This document shows positions 9,301-19,860 of a stretch of 64,000 nt of DNA, one piece after another. The DNA is from Deltaproteobacteria bacterium YD0425bin50 (GTDB lineage: Bacteria; Desulfobacterota; Desulfobacteria; Desulfobacterales; YD0425bin50). Position numbers and translations under genes: made by a program. The notes under the pieces were generated by a model. The model saw nothing but the letters and a program-made list of their open reading frames with translations, ran no database searches and was not told where the DNA came from. Position 1 is the first letter of the stretch, and every line of letters starts with the position of its first letter. The stretch is taken from the NCBI GenBank assembly GCA_002753105.1, contig PDZT01000002.1:1415-65414 (forward strand). The letters are read 5' to 3'.

Positions 9301-10931
9301 TAGAAGTTACAATTACTGCTACGGTTACCGGAATTGCCTCACGAAGTATTCCATTACGTATTGAAGGATCAAAAATAGCGTTAACATCAGATAAATACAC
9401 CTTAGAGACTGGCTCAGAAGCTTCAGTTTCATCAAAAACTGCTGTATTAACTATCACATTAAAAGATGCAGCAGATAAACCCATTGTAGGTGTAGAACCA
9501 AAAGATATTATAATTGAGGTAAAACCAATTGGAGCTTTAACCCTGAGTACAAAATCAGAAAAGACCAATTATAATGGAGAAATAAATTATGATGTAATAG
9601 CAAGTAGCACTTCTAATGACAAAGTAGTTGTTACTGTAAAAGCTTTAGGGGAAATTCAAACGATAGAATATAAAGTGGGCGCTCGAGGGACAGTATTTGG
9701 TATTGAATCGTTAACTCTAAATCCTGATAGTGCTACCTTAAGCAAATTAATACAACCTGCTCCTAAAGAGTATGCAATGAGTACAAATCAGAATATTAAA
9801 ATTACAGTTCGAGCTCCTTGTGAAAATGTATATGACTGTAAAGTAATATTCGCTTCTACTTTAGGTGGTTGGGATGGGACTGCAAACAATGTATCTTCTG
9901 AGAAATCAGTCATAAATGGTGAATGTAGTGCATGGATAAAATCAAGTTTAGCAGGAGTTGCTAATATTGAAATATATTATTCACATGATCGTTCTGTACA
10001 AGATACACTAATTTTGTCATTTTCTGCTCCAAGTAGTGAAGCTACACAAATATCTTTACAAAGTAACCTGACTGTTATTGCACGAAACGATGGTAAGGCA
10101 ACATTAACCGCTACGGTTAAGAATGTAACTGACCAAGTTGTTGGTCAGGCTCCTGTATCATTTTCCATTGTTAATCCAACAGGTGGAGGTGAAAAATTAT
10201 CTCCTGTTGTAGTTTTAACCAATTCAAATGGTGAAGCCCAAACTACTCTATCTGCCGGATCATTAAGTTCAGATTCAGAAGGACTTATTATTATGGCATC
10301 AATTATTGGAAGGCCAGATGTGAAACCTTCTACAATAAAAATAGTTATTGGAGGAACTGCGGGTTCAATAACAATGGGTAGAGGAACAGTTATATCCGAT
10401 CCATCTGATCATAAAAATACTACTTATATGTTACCTATTTCAGTATTGGTTGCTGATTCTAATGGAAACTCAATAAAAGGTGCTGTTGTTACTTTAAGTA
10501 TTTGGCCATTACAATATGCCACAGGAGTTTGGGTAGGTTTTAACGGAGAGGATTGTGTTCCCGGATATAGTTATGATGATGTTGGATTGCCTAAATATCA
10601 ATTTTTTGAAAACGAAGATATCAATAGAAATTTAATATGTGATAACTGTTTACCTCGCGGAAATGGAGAAGATGTAAATACTGACTCTGATCTAACTCCT
10701 CCTAATTCATCTTCAGGTTCATTGCCTTCAACTGTTGAAACGGATCAATATGGAGTAGCAAATTTTAATTTAGTTTACGTAAAGGCTTCTGCTGCTTGGA
10801 TAAAAGCTGAGATTACCGCAACTACAAGAGTTCTAGGAACTGAAACCGAATCAAAGTATATCTTTGTTCTTCCTTATCTTGTTGATGATGCCAAAAAATG
10901 TTTGTTACCAAATTCACCATTTAATAATTAA
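6390..10931 (+). CDS. giant surface protein with tandem bacterial Ig-like (Big_1/invasin-type) domains, possible lipoprotein
   Basis: ORF track gives 6375-10931. GGGAGA lies 4 nt before the ATG at 6390, which favours that start. Signal peptide ends SISQMGCGS. There are eight ~95-100 aa repeats of pattern PADG.SS..LTA.I.D..G.PV..GT.VTFST.NGTF.NG...YT......G...V.L.S...PG.A.I.C. About 5 more diverged Ig-like units follow, for example ATITAIVLDANNAVLEGVDVAFNATRGQLS. Confidence 0.75.
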   Translation: MKIMRFTYFLLSIMLALSISQMGCGSKGSLGGEGDTAAITIVANPTVVPADGRTSATLQISITDATGNPVRRFTSITLSTNIGTFPNGQQEYKTETNDESGSILVSYMASTVPGAAEIICKSGGITQKLVISNEGIGSININASSLVLPADGVSSTTLTATITNSLGMAVADGTPVTFYTNNGTFVNGSRSFTTYTSSQGAGSVTVSLVAGLSSIPAEITCTAGGITQKIIIFFGESAQIVLEAVGDASIQADGQSSLVLSANVFDVGARPVPVGTPVTFSTDNGYFVNGQQSYTVLTSDASGSVKISLMSSKTPGAANVICTAHGVSQKLVIVFKGGSANITLTPESNRLLADGKSSVKITANVTDLVGNAVPRGTPVTFSTTKGTFANANVIPICGSAVSPLPNIPNGQCLYLFNTVTPDDSGTIIVSLISSTSPGRADVTCMVNNVTQQTEVMFIAQEGLRIDLSSDATCAGCTNTSIPADGVSSMVIIATMNDQDTIAPNIQVGTPVTFSTTNGTFPSGTQKYTTYASEESGTISVPLIASKIAGPAVITVSAGGTTNSITVIFTPVNLTGLYGITLGTNLQTIPADGKSSAMLTATIVDSYGTPPPAGTVVTFSTNHGTFGNGQSQISYTLPTASGSIATSLISSNTPATANIICTVGGSSQQVTVLFTGITQPDQMATITLSSEKYTIPADGTSSVVISAQIQDTYGKPAPIGTQVIMSTDNGQFPNGTKQITLVVPNELGIVATPLISSSQPSIAHITCQVSGTTQRMIVEFVTGSDVPPDVVLPATIEVKANPETIPIGGSSTAITATLIGSSAGKPVTKGTIVTFQTTNGTFSNGTTTYTTQTFDDSGVVTVSLMSGAVPGRAEITCSSNNISQRTTVTFEGDNIKIPASLMISTDKPTVSSDNSNPATITAIVLDANNAVLEGVDVAFNATRGQLSFRTVKTDAQGRAQVAFSSGTDKSTIEVTITATVTGIASRSIPLRIEGSKIALTSDKYTLETGSEASVSSKTAVLTITLKDAADKPIVGVEPKDIIIEVKPIGALTLSTKSEKTNYNGEINYDVIASSTSNDKVVVTVKALGEIQTIEYKVGARGTVFGIESLTLNPDSATLSKLIQPAPKEYAMSTNQNIKITVRAPCENVYDCKVIFASTLGGWDGTANNVSSEKSVINGECSAWIKSSLAGVANIEIYYSHDRSVQDTLILSFSAPSSEATQISLQSNLTVIARNDGKATLTATVKNVTDQVVGQAPVSFSIVNPTGGGEKLSPVVVLTNSNGEAQTTLSAGSLSSDSEGLIIMASIIGRPDVKPSTIKIVIGGTAGSITMGRGTVISDPSDHKNTTYMLPISVLVADSNGNSIKGAVVTLSIWPLQYATGVWVGFNGEDCVPGYSYDDVGLPKYQFFENEDINRNLICDNCLPRGNGEDVNTDSDLTPPNSSSGSLPSTVETDQYGVANFNLVYVKASAAWIKAEITATTRVLGTETESKYIFVLPYLVDDAKKCLLPNSPFNN

Positions 10932-10960
10932 GTTTTTACAAAAAAATTTGAGTACAATTC

Positions 10961-11008
10961 AAAAAATCCTTGCTAAGTATATATTTTATTATAAGCAAGG
11001 ATTTTTTT
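10961..11008 (+). terminator. rho-independent terminator-like hairpin after the Big_1 gene
   Basis: AAAAAATCCTTGCT (10961-10974) pairs perfectly with AGCAAGGATTTTTT (10994-11007) and ends in a T-run. The loop is long (19 nt), so strength is uncertain. Confidence 0.55.
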
Positions 11009-11157
11009 ATATTATAGGAAATTATAAAAATTGATCTCATTGGTTTCCAAGGATGAGGAATGGATTATCAGTAAACCTATGATGTCAAATATTAAGGTAA
11101 AGTAATCATCTTCAAAATTGAGTCGATGCTCAATTCATAAATTCAAAGGGAAAAATC

Positions 11158-11991
11158 ATGAACAGCTCACTAATGTTATCCATGACTACGTGGGGTTATG
11201 GATTTGCAACGATCATGTATATGATTTCTTGGATTTTTAAAAAAACAAGAGCGGCGACATTTGGAAGATGGCTTTTAGTATTTGGGATAATCATCCATGT
11301 ATTGGGAATAGCCTTACGATGGATCGAATCCTATCAGATGGGCATTGGACATGCACCTCTCTCAAATATGTATGAGTCGTTGGTCTTTTTTTCTTTAACT
11401 GTAGCGTTGATATATATTTATGTCGAATATAAATATCATACTAGTATTTTTGGTATTTTTGCTACCCCAGTTATATTTCTAACCATAGCCTACGCTTCTC
11501 TTTCACCTAACATTAATGATCGTATCCAACCTTTGATTCCAGCATTAAAAAGCAATTGGTTAATTGCACATGTTCTCACTTGTTTTTTAGGGTATAGCGC
11601 GTTTGCATTAGCTTTCGGAATGAGTTGTATGTATCTGTTAAAGCAGCGTCAACAAAATAAGCCAAAATCTATTTGGGATTATCTCCCGGAGTTGAATTTA
11701 CTTGATGAGTTAACATATCAGATGATCATGTTTGGATTTTTGTTTCTGACCATAGGGATTATTACAGGAGCAGTCTGGGCAAATTCAGCATGGGGTTCAT
11801 ACTGGTCTTGGGACCCTAAGGAAACATGGTCATTAATTACTTGGTTTATTTATGCCATCTATTTGCATGCACGTTTGATGAGAGGATGGGAAGGGGAGCG
11901 TGTTGCATATATTTCCATTATTGGATTTATGGCAGTATTATTTACTTATTTTGGAGTAAATTATTTGCCCGGGTTGCATAGTTATGCATAA
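11158..11991 (+). CDS. ccsA: cytochrome c biogenesis protein CcsA/ResC (system II heme handling)
   Basis: 277 aa polytopic membrane protein. Carries the W-rich heme-handling motif WGSYWSWDPKETW and flanking conserved His residues. Confidence 0.85.
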   Translation: MNSSLMLSMTTWGYGFATIMYMISWIFKKTRAATFGRWLLVFGIIIHVLGIALRWIESYQMGIGHAPLSNMYESLVFFSLTVALIYIYVEYKYHTSIFGIFATPVIFLTIAYASLSPNINDRIQPLIPALKSNWLIAHVLTCFLGYSAFALAFGMSCMYLLKQRQQNKPKSIWDYLPELNLLDELTYQMIMFGFLFLTIGIITGAVWANSAWGSYWSWDPKETWSLITWFIYAIYLHARLMRGWEGERVAYISIIGFMAVLFTYFGVNYLPGLHSYA

Positions 11992-12013
11992 AAAAGTGTA
12001 TGGAATGAATAAG

Positions 12014-12163
12014 TTATTTTTCAATATTACAATCACAATCTTTTTCATTACATTCTGAACACTGATATACACTGACATTTTTTTTATTGTGAATATGAAA
12101 TGCAAGTAACCCAATCCCTACTAGCAAAACAACAAAGACAAGTGTTAAAAATAACAGTGACAT
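12014..12163 (-). CDS. small membrane protein with Cys-rich tail (not in ORF track, 49 aa)
   Basis: Hand translation: MSLLFLTLVFVVLLVGIGLLAFHIHNKKNVSVYQCSECNEKDCDCNIEK. One TM helix plus CxxC...CxC. It starts 12 nt after the CBS gene stop, with GGGAAAGAGG just upstream. Resembles FeoB-associated Cys-rich small proteins, but no search was done. Confidence 0.4.
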   Translation of the reverse strand: MSLLFLTLVFVVLLVGIGLLAFHIHNKKNVSVYQCSECNEKDCDCNIEK

Positions 12164-12175
12164 GACCTCTTTCCC

Positions 12176-12619
12176 TTATGATAAAGTAGATGATAACGAC
12201 TCAATTTTATTTAATAATGATATGGTCAATTTTAAAAAATCAGCTTCTGTAACAATCCCAACAAGTTCACCATTTTCAAGTACAGGTACACATCCATACT
12301 TATTTTTTAAAAGGATGTTAATGACTGAATATACTGTTTCATCTGGGGATATAGTCATGACATCAGTTTTCATAACATCTTTTATTAAGATATGATGATC
12401 AATTGCATCTTGTTCACTTTGATCAGCATCTGCTAACAATGAAATAGTATAAGCAAGTAAATCTCTGTGTGTTAGTAATCCGATAAATTGGTTATGCTCA
12501 TCAACAATTGGCACATGCCTAATATGTTTAATTTTCATCAGTGAACGAACAATTGCCAAGGATTGATTCTCCTCCAAAACAAATACCTTTCGTGTCATAA
12601 TATCTTTTACTTGTAACAT
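12176..12619 (-). CDS. CBS-pair domain protein
   Basis: 147 aa made of two CBS repeats (VKDIMTRKVFVLEENQSL...HIRHVPIVDE and IKDVMKTDVMTISPDETV...GCVPVLENGELVGIVT). Confidence 0.8.
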   Translation of the reverse strand: MLQVKDIMTRKVFVLEENQSLAIVRSLMKIKHIRHVPIVDEHNQFIGLLTHRDLLAYTISLLADADQSEQDAIDHHILIKDVMKTDVMTISPDETVYSVINILLKNKYGCVPVLENGELVGIVTEADFLKLTISLLNKIESLSSTLS

Positions 12620-12780
12620 AAAACAGCCTCTCTATATTGGTCGAATAGTCAATCAATGTATCCTGAAGGAAAATATTCATAGCATAAATTGACTGATTTT
12701 GCTATAGAAAAGGTTAAAATAATTTACGTGTTGCATGATTTGATTTGTAAAATTGAACAAAATAACAAAGGAAACTACCT

Positions 12781-13263
12781 ATGGATATAAAAATTGTACC
12801 GGTGGAAAATCCACAAGCATATAATTTTATTTTAGGCCAGTCGCATTTTATTAAAACTGTTGAGGATATTTATGAAGCGATGGTGAATGCTGTGCCATCA
12901 CCAAAATTTGCAGTAGCATTTTGCGAAGCTTCCCAGCATTGTCTGGTTCGTTACACTGGAACAGACAATGAACTCATTGATCTTGCAACAAAAAATGCTC
13001 TACAACTCGCAGCAGGCCATTCTTTTATTTTGTTTATGAAAGATATTTTTCCCATAAATGTACTTCAAACAATAAAACATGTACCTGAAGTATGTCACAT
13101 TTTCTGTGCAACTGCGAATCCATTAGAAGTTATTATTGCAGAAACACAGCAAGGCAGAGGGATTATAGGTGTTATTGATGGTTTTTTAACAAAGGGAATT
13201 GAAACAGAAGCTGATATCCAAGAACGTAAAGGATTGTTAAGAAAATTCGGATATAAACAATAA
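12781..13263 (+). CDS. adenosine-specific kinase family protein (Adenosine_kin/PF04008-like)
   Basis: 160 aa. ILGQSHFIKTVEDIYEAMV, FAVAFCEAS, FPINVLQTIKHVPEVCHIFCATANPLEVIIAETQQGRGIIGVIDG and ERKGLLRKFGYK match my recollection of this conserved ~160-aa family. Confidence 0.65.
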   Translation: MDIKIVPVENPQAYNFILGQSHFIKTVEDIYEAMVNAVPSPKFAVAFCEASQHCLVRYTGTDNELIDLATKNALQLAAGHSFILFMKDIFPINVLQTIKHVPEVCHIFCATANPLEVIIAETQQGRGIIGVIDGFLTKGIETEADIQERKGLLRKFGYKQ

Positions 13264-13293
13264 CAACATCGTATGAAATAGAGAGGTAAAACC

Positions 13294-15762
13294 GTGTCTC
13301 AAGAATCCATTGAAGTTCAACCGGGTGATGCTTTGTACCCTAATCCAGAAAATACAGGCATACCTCCAGAACAAACTGTAATTATAGCAAAAGATGTATT
13401 ACCTGAAATATTGCCGATTATTCCTCTTTATAACCGACCGATGTTTCCGAAAATGTTAGGGCCTATTATTATTGAAAATGAAACTCTAATTCAATCCATC
13501 ATTGAATTACATCAAAAGCATGGTGCAAATTTTCTTGGCCTTATACTGATCAAATCCTCTCCGGAATCTGTCAACACATTACCTACTTCTGCAACTGATT
13601 TATATAGCGTTGGTGTTGCAGTAAAAATTCTGCAAATATCGCCATATCAACCGAATACGCCACTTCAATTACTTGTACAGATTTTAGAACGATTTGAGCT
13701 CGTTGAGATGCTTGCTGAAAAACCAATGTTTCGTGCCAAAGTAAGTTACTGGCATGAAACGGTCTTTGAAACGAATGAGGAATTAAAGGCGTATTCTGTT
13801 GCCATTATCGATTGTATTAAAGAGTTAGTTAAATTAAATCCCTTATTTAAAGAGGGCTTATCACTGATTCTTGAACGTATTAATGTTCATGATCCGGGTT
13901 CGTTGGCGGACTTTTCTGTATCCATGACAACCGCCACAGGCGAAGAACTTCAACAAATATTAGAAACAAGAAGCATCCGGTTACGTATTGAAAAAGCATT
14001 GGTTTTACTAAAACGAGAAGTCGAGATTTCAAATCTAAAAGTCCAGATTTCCAAGCGTATTGAAGATCGCCTGTCTAAACAACAGCGAGAGTTTTTCTTA
14101 AAACAACAGCTCAAAGAAATAAAAAAAGAATTAGGCTTAAGTAAAGATGATACAGAAACAGAAGTTGAAAAATTTAAAAAGCGCATCAGTCAACTGGTTC
14201 TTGGTGATGAAGCAAAAGAGCGAATTGAGGAAGAGATCGAAAAATTGCGTTTGCTTGAAACATCTTCTCCTGAATTTAATGTAACCCGAGCCTATTTGGA
14301 TTGGTTAACGATTTTACCATGGGGAGTATATACCCAAGATAACTATGATATTTTACATGCAGAAAATATACTGGATGAGGATCATTATGGACTCAAGGAT
14401 GTCAAAGACCGTATTCTTGAACTCATTTCTGTTGGAATTATCAAAGGTGATTTGGCAGGTTCCATTATTCTGCTTGTCGGGCCTCCGGGTGTTGGCAAAA
14501 CCTCTATTGGACAATCCATTGCGCGGAGTTTAGGCCGAAAATTTTATCGCTTTTCTTTAGGCGGTATGCGTGATGAAGCTGAAATTAAAGGACATCGAAG
14601 AACCTATATTGGAGCACTTCCCGGAAAATTTATTCAAGCCATAAAAACTTGCAAAACTTCAAATCCTGTGATCATGCTTGATGAGATAGATAAAATAGGT
14701 GCAAGCTTTCAAGGTGACCCAGCATCAGCCTTACTTGAAGTGTTAGACCCCGAACAAAACAAATCTTTTTTAGATCATTATATAGATGTGCGTTTTGATT
14801 TGTCTAAAGTTCTCTTTATCTGCACAGCAAATCAAACCGATTCCATTCCAAGCCCATTATTAGACAGAATGGAAACAATCAAGATTGCAGGCTATATTCT
14901 TGAAGAAAAAATGGAAATTGCTAAACAGTATTTAATCCCAAAACAATTAAATGCTCATGGAATAACAGACAAACAGATCATTTTTTCAAATCCAGTCTTA
15001 AAGGAAATGATTGAAGGCTATGCTCGAGAGTCTGGTGTCCGGAGTTTAGAAAACAATATAAAAAAAATATTGCGAAAATCAGCCAAACAGATTGTTCAAG
15101 AGAAAAAAACAACGATAACGATACGAAAAAATGATTTGTCAGAATGGTTAGGCAGGCGGGTTTTTAGCGAGGAAATGATATTTAAAAAGCCAAGAGTCGG
15201 TGTTGTCATGGGGCTGGCATATACAAGTTTTGGAGGGACAACGTTATATGTTGAAGCGACCTTAGTGCCTTCACAATCACCGGGATTTAAACAAACCGGT
15301 CAGCTTGGTAAAGTGATGATAGAATCTTCTGAGATTGCATATACTTACATTCGTTCATTATTGCGAAATCATGAACAAGCAACAAACGGCTTCAATCGAA
15401 ATCTTATTCATTTACATGTTCCAGCAGGCGCAACACCTAAAGATGGCCCATCTGCAGGTGTAACGATGGCGTGTGCTATATATTCATTGATATCTGAACA
15501 GCCCATTATTCAAAATATCGCTATGACAGGAGAATTATCATTAACCGGTATGGTTATGCCAATTGGAGGTGTTAAAGAAAAACTAATTGCAGCCAAAAGA
15601 GCTAAGGTGAGTCGCGTCATTTTACCACTGGAGAATGAGGAAGAATATAAAAAACTGGATTCACATATTCAGGAAGGAATGGAAGTGTTTTTTGTCAGAA
15701 CATTTGAAGATATTCGAAATATTTGCTTTCCAAATCAAAATAAAAAAAACAAATCAAAATAG
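13294..15762 (+). CDS. lon: ATP-dependent Lon protease (paralog 1)
   Basis: 822 aa with a GTG start. Lon N-domain, Walker [17 protein letters not shown] Walker B, and protease site PKDGPSAGV with downstream [13 protein letters not shown]. Confidence 0.95.
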   Translation: MSQESIEVQPGDALYPNPENTGIPPEQTVIIAKDVLPEILPIIPLYNRPMFPKMLGPIIIENETLIQSIIELHQKHGANFLGLILIKSSPESVNTLPTSATDLYSVGVAVKILQISPYQPNTPLQLLVQILERFELVEMLAEKPMFRAKVSYWHETVFETNEELKAYSVAIIDCIKELVKLNPLFKEGLSLILERINVHDPGSLADFSVSMTTATGEELQQILETRSIRLRIEKALVLLKREVEISNLKVQISKRIEDRLSKQQREFFLKQQLKEIKKELGLSKDDTETEVEKFKKRISQLVLGDEAKERIEEEIEKLRLLETSSPEFNVTRAYLDWLTILPWGVYTQDNYDILHAENILDEDHYGLKDVKDRILELISVGIIKGDLAGSIILLVGPPGVGKTSIGQSIARSLGRKFYRFSLGGMRDEAEIKGHRRTYIGALPGKFIQAIKTCKTSNPVIMLDEIDKIGASFQGDPASALLEVLDPEQNKSFLDHYIDVRFDLSKVLFICTANQTDSIPSPLLDRMETIKIAGYILEEKMEIAKQYLIPKQLNAHGITDKQIIFSNPVLKEMIEGYARESGVRSLENNIKKILRKSAKQIVQEKKTTITIRKNDLSEWLGRRVFSEEMIFKKPRVGVVMGLAYTSFGGTTLYVEATLVPSQSPGFKQTGQLGKVMIESSEIAYTYIRSLLRNHEQATNGFNRNLIHLHVPAGATPKDGPSAGVTMACAIYSLISEQPIIQNIAMTGELSLTGMVMPIGGVKEKLIAAKRAKVSRVILPLENEEEYKKLDSHIQEGMEVFFVRTFEDIRNICFPNQNKKNKSK

Positions 15763-15801
15763 ATGCATTAAATTGTTTTTTTCAAATTTGGGATAAAACG
15801 C

Positions 15802-18800
15802 ATGGCCTTTAAAAGCATGTTTAGCACCGTATGGATTTATGGTATTCTATGTTGGGTTGCTTCACCCGTTTTTTGTTACACTACCACGATTAAATTTGAT
15901 CATTTGACTATTGATGAAGGATTATCACAAAATACGGTTAACGGAATATTACAAGACAACCATGGGTTTATGTGGTTTGCTACTCAGGATGGTTTAAATA
16001 AATATGATGGCTATTCATTTATTCGTTACAAAACAGACTCTCAAAATACGAACAGTTTGTCAGAAAATTATATCTATTCATTAGTTCAGGATCAGTTCGG
16101 TATCATGTGGATTGGTACCCGGGGAAAAGGCTTAAATCGATTTGATCCAGAACGGCAACAGTTTATTCATTATTTGCATAATGAGGATAACCCAAACAGT
16201 CCAAGCGATGATTTTATAAAAATTATTTATATAGATAACCATAACAGTATTTGGCTTGGCACTGAAAATAAGGGTCTGGATTGTTTTATTCCCGATAAAA
16301 ATGTGTTTAAACATTATGCTCATGATGAAACGAATAAAAACACCTTGAGCAATAATAGTGTTACAAGTATTTATCAGGATTCACATGGAATTCTATGGAT
16401 AGGTACAGATTTTGGTTTAAATCGTATGAATGATGATCAGAAAACATTTCACCAGTATTACCATGATCCAAATAGACCCAATTCTCTACCCGATAATTCA
16501 ATTAAGGCGATATATCAAGACCCCAAAGGGATATTTTGGGTAGGCACCAAGAAAGGTCTTGTCCAGTTTGATGCTGAAAAAGAAGTGATCAAGTCTTATC
16601 AACATGATTCCAATACCAAGACAAGTCTTTCAAGTAATTATGTGAATGTGATTTATCAAGACCAAAGGAACCGATTCTGGGTAGGCACAGATAATGGTTT
16701 AAATATCTTAAATAAAGCAAATACCTTTCAGGTTATTCAGCAAACGAATCTTACTGATCCTGAAGGCTTAACCAACAGCAATATCGGATGTATTTTTGAA
16801 GACCGTTCGGGTAATATATGGTTTGGGACATTTACAGGTGGTGTAAACAAATTTTCAGAAAAAAAATTCCAGCATGTAAAAAAAGATACACTTGATCCCA
16901 ACAGCTTACCCGAAAATAGCGTATGGGCGATATGTGAAGATCGTTTCGGAATTCTTTGGCTTGGTACAGAAAATGAAGGATTGTCAGCTTTTAATCGATC
17001 TCAAAACCAATTTGTGGTTTACAAGCATGACGCCAATAATCCCACAAGTATCAGCAGCAATAAAATTCAGACTATTCTTGAAGACAGCCGAGGTTATCTT
17101 TGGATAGGAACTGAAGATGGTTTGAATCGTTTTGATCAGGATAAAAAAGAGTTTATACGCTATTATTCAGATAAAAATAATTCGAATAGTTTAAGTGATT
17201 CGGATATCATGAAAATAGTTGAAGATCATCTTGGAATACTTTGGATTGCAACTTATAATGGTGGCCTCAACCAATTTGATGTTGTTCAGCAACAATTCCA
17301 GCATTATAAGCATGATTCTAAAAATACCAATAGCTTATCTCATAACCGAGTGCGATATATCTATGAAGATCATGCACATCATTTATGGGTTGGTACTGAA
17401 AATGGCTTGAATCGTTTTGATCGGAAAAGTGGAAATTTTAAACACTATTTTCATGATTCAGCCAATGAGCAAAGCTTATCCAATAATCGTGTGTATTCAA
17501 TTCTTGAAGACCGAAATCACAGTTTTTTATGGATGACTACCAAAAATGGGTTGAATCGTTTTGATTCACGAACAGAAACATTTACTTTTTTTTCTGAAAA
17601 GCATGGATTATCGAACAACACTGTATATAGTATCTTGCAAGATCAGTCTGGTCATTTTTGGTTAAGTACCAATAAAGGGTTATCCCGTTTTAATCCAAAA
17701 ACGAATCAGTTCAGGAATTTTACTAAGGAAGATGGTTTGCAATCCAATGAATTTAATATGGGTGCTTTTTTTCAAAACGTAAACCATGAAATGTTTTTTG
17801 GTGGAATTAATGGCTTAACCGTGTTTGATCCTGCAAAAGTTATGGATAATCCACATCCACCGCCAGTTGTAATTACTTCATTTAAAATTTTTGATAAAGA
17901 AGTTCTGTCCACAACTGATTTAATTCATCAAAAAGAAATACAGTTATCCTATAAAGACACCTTTTTTTCTTTTGAATTTTCGGCTCTGGATTACGTAGCT
18001 CCTCAAAAAAATGAATATGCCTATAGACTTGTCGGATTTGATACCGATTGGATTTATTGCGACAAACGGAGATATGCGAGTTATACAAATTTAGACGGCG
18101 GTAAATATATTTTTCAGGTTAAAGCCAGCAATAATGATGGATTATGGAATGAAAAAGGAACCGATATCACCATCATCCTCCCACCTCCACCATGGAAAAC
18201 ATGGTGGGCGTATAGTCTATATGTTATTTCCATAGTGAGCCTTTTTTATGTGTATCTTTTCATAAAAAAACAGCAGTATTTAAAAGAATTACGAATTCAA
18301 AAAATTGTGCATGATGCTGAAATACTAAAAGAAAAAACTCGTATTCAGGAAGAAGTTGAACGAATCAGCAGGCATGATTTAAAAACACCGCTGAATAGTA
18401 TTATTTCTTTACCTCAGATTGTGTTGCAGGAACATAACTTATCCGCAGAACAGGTTGAATTGCTTAAATCGATTGAAAAATCAGGTTATATTATGCTGAA
18501 TATGATCAATCTGTCTTTACATATGTTTAAAATGGAGAATAAAACCTATCGGCTGGAACCGATTAAGATTAATCTTTTAGATATCATTAACAAAATCATA
18601 TCAGACTTGAAAAGTTTAGCAGAATCAAAAGCGATTCATTTGAATACAATCGTTGAAAACAACTCAGCAGACCAGACAAAAAGTTTTGGAGTCATGGGAG
18701 AAGAGCTTTTATGTTATTCGATGTTTGCTAATCTGATCAAAAATGCAGTGGAAGCTTCTCCGAAAAATGAAGTTGTGAGTATTCGTTTTACTAAAGATGA

Positions 18801-19830
18801 AACGGATAAGGCCATTATTGATGTCCATAATCAAGGTGTTGTTCCTGTTGCAATTCGTGGTCAATTTTTTGATAAATATACAACTTCAGGAAAAAAAGGA
18901 GGGACTGGTCTTGGAACCTATTCAGCAAGACTTATGGCTGAAACGTTAGGTGGCGAAATTTTTATGAAAACCAGTGAAACAGACGGCACAACGATTACCG
19001 TCCGATTACCATCGGCTGAAATTCAAGATATCCCTTTGAACTTGGAGAATAATGACTCTACAGATACATATCATATGAACCCATTACCCTACCTCAAGGT
19101 TTTAATTGCAGATGATGATGAATATAATCGATTGATTTTCAAGACCTATTTAAAACATCCGAATTTAATGCTTGAATTAACAGATAATGGCAAATCAGTT
19201 GTTGAAAAATGTTCTTCAGAGCCTTTTGATATTATTTTTATGGATTTGGAAATGCCAATAATGAACGGTATCGATGCAACCTGCCACATTAGAGATTTTG
19301 AAAAAAAAAATATAGAAAAAAAATCGGTTATTATTGTGGCACTTTCAGCACATGACGATTTACAAACCCGTCAGCTTTGCACAGATACTGGTTTTAATGA
19401 TTATCTTCAAAAACCTGTAACCCGAACTCACTTACGACAATGCTTAGTCTCTTTTTTTATGACTGAAAAGCAAGCGTTGACGCAAAGCCGCAATGAAGTC
19501 TTGCAATCCGTAATATCAGAAGATAAACCCTATTGGGTTGAAGTTGATAGTGAATTTGAAGATCTGATACCGGGTTTCTTAGAGAAAAAAAGGGTTGAAA
19601 TGGGGAAGCTGTTGGGCAGTCTAAAAGCGAAAGACTTTGAAGAGGTTAGGAAATTAGGCCATAAGCTTAAAGGCAGTTTTAATATGTATGGATTTAAACG
19701 ATTGGCTAATATTTGTGCCATCATTGAAGAAAATGCAAAAAATGAAGATTACACATGTATCCAAAACAATATCGATTCCCTACATACAGAATTTAACCAA
19801 ATACAAATTACTTATGTCCATATGGAATAA
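15802..19830 (+). CDS. hybrid sensor histidine kinase with periplasmic two-component-regulator propeller repeats, Y_Y_Y domain, HisKA-HATPase, REC and Hpt
   Basis: 1342 aa. About 14 repeats of the IW(I/V)GT..GLNRFD type. TM helix WWAYSLYVISIVSLFYVYLFI. H-box SRHDLKTPLNS, G-box GGTGLGTYSA, REC with IIFMDLEMPIMNG, and a C-terminal Hpt (GHKLKGS). Confidence 0.9.
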   Translation: MAFKSMFSTVWIYGILCWVASPVFCYTTTIKFDHLTIDEGLSQNTVNGILQDNHGFMWFATQDGLNKYDGYSFIRYKTDSQNTNSLSENYIYSLVQDQFGIMWIGTRGKGLNRFDPERQQFIHYLHNEDNPNSPSDDFIKIIYIDNHNSIWLGTENKGLDCFIPDKNVFKHYAHDETNKNTLSNNSVTSIYQDSHGILWIGTDFGLNRMNDDQKTFHQYYHDPNRPNSLPDNSIKAIYQDPKGIFWVGTKKGLVQFDAEKEVIKSYQHDSNTKTSLSSNYVNVIYQDQRNRFWVGTDNGLNILNKANTFQVIQQTNLTDPEGLTNSNIGCIFEDRSGNIWFGTFTGGVNKFSEKKFQHVKKDTLDPNSLPENSVWAICEDRFGILWLGTENEGLSAFNRSQNQFVVYKHDANNPTSISSNKIQTILEDSRGYLWIGTEDGLNRFDQDKKEFIRYYSDKNNSNSLSDSDIMKIVEDHLGILWIATYNGGLNQFDVVQQQFQHYKHDSKNTNSLSHNRVRYIYEDHAHHLWVGTENGLNRFDRKSGNFKHYFHDSANEQSLSNNRVYSILEDRNHSFLWMTTKNGLNRFDSRTETFTFFSEKHGLSNNTVYSILQDQSGHFWLSTNKGLSRFNPKTNQFRNFTKEDGLQSNEFNMGAFFQNVNHEMFFGGINGLTVFDPAKVMDNPHPPPVVITSFKIFDKEVLSTTDLIHQKEIQLSYKDTFFSFEFSALDYVAPQKNEYAYRLVGFDTDWIYCDKRRYASYTNLDGGKYIFQVKASNNDGLWNEKGTDITIILPPPPWKTWWAYSLYVISIVSLFYVYLFIKKQQYLKELRIQKIVHDAEILKEKTRIQEEVERISRHDLKTPLNSIISLPQIVLQEHNLSAEQVELLKSIEKSGYIMLNMINLSLHMFKMENKTYRLEPIKINLLDIINKIISDLKSLAESKAIHLNTIVENNSADQTKSFGVMGEELLCYSMFANLIKNAVEASPKNEVVSIRFTKDETDKAIIDVHNQGVVPVAIRGQFFDKYTTSGKKGGTGLGTYSARLMAETLGGEIFMKTSETDGTTITVRLPSAEIQDIPLNLENNDSTDTYHMNPLPYLKVLIADDDEYNRLIFKTYLKHPNLMLELTDNGKSVVEKCSSEPFDIIFMDLEMPIMNGIDATCHIRDFEKKNIEKKSVIIVALSAHDDLQTRQLCTDTGFNDYLQKPVTRTHLRQCLVSFFMTEKQALTQSRNEVLQSVISEDKPYWVEVDSEFEDLIPGFLEKKRVEMGKLLGSLKAKDFEEVRKLGHKLKGSFNMYGFKRLANICAIIEENAKNEDYTCIQNNIDSLHTEFNQIQITYVHME

Positions 19831-19860
19831 CGATGTAAATGAGAAAGGAGATTTTTTCTG

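Noticed and set aside
7373-9568. Antisense ORFs 7373-7729 and 9035-9568 inside the Big_1 gene
   Set aside because: They are fully nested opposite a long, repeat-structured, well-supported ORF. Their products are low-complexity hydrophobic with no start signals.
12162-12395. 77-aa plus-strand ORF
   Set aside because: It is antisense to the CBS-domain gene, which has clear domain signatures.
19301-19323. A10 and A8 homopolymers inside the hybrid kinase gene as a phase-variation switch
   Set aside because: The frame is intact across them (FEKKNIEKKS, a Lys-rich inter-motif loop of the REC domain). Such runs are common in AT-rich genomes, and there is no evidence of variation from a single sequence.
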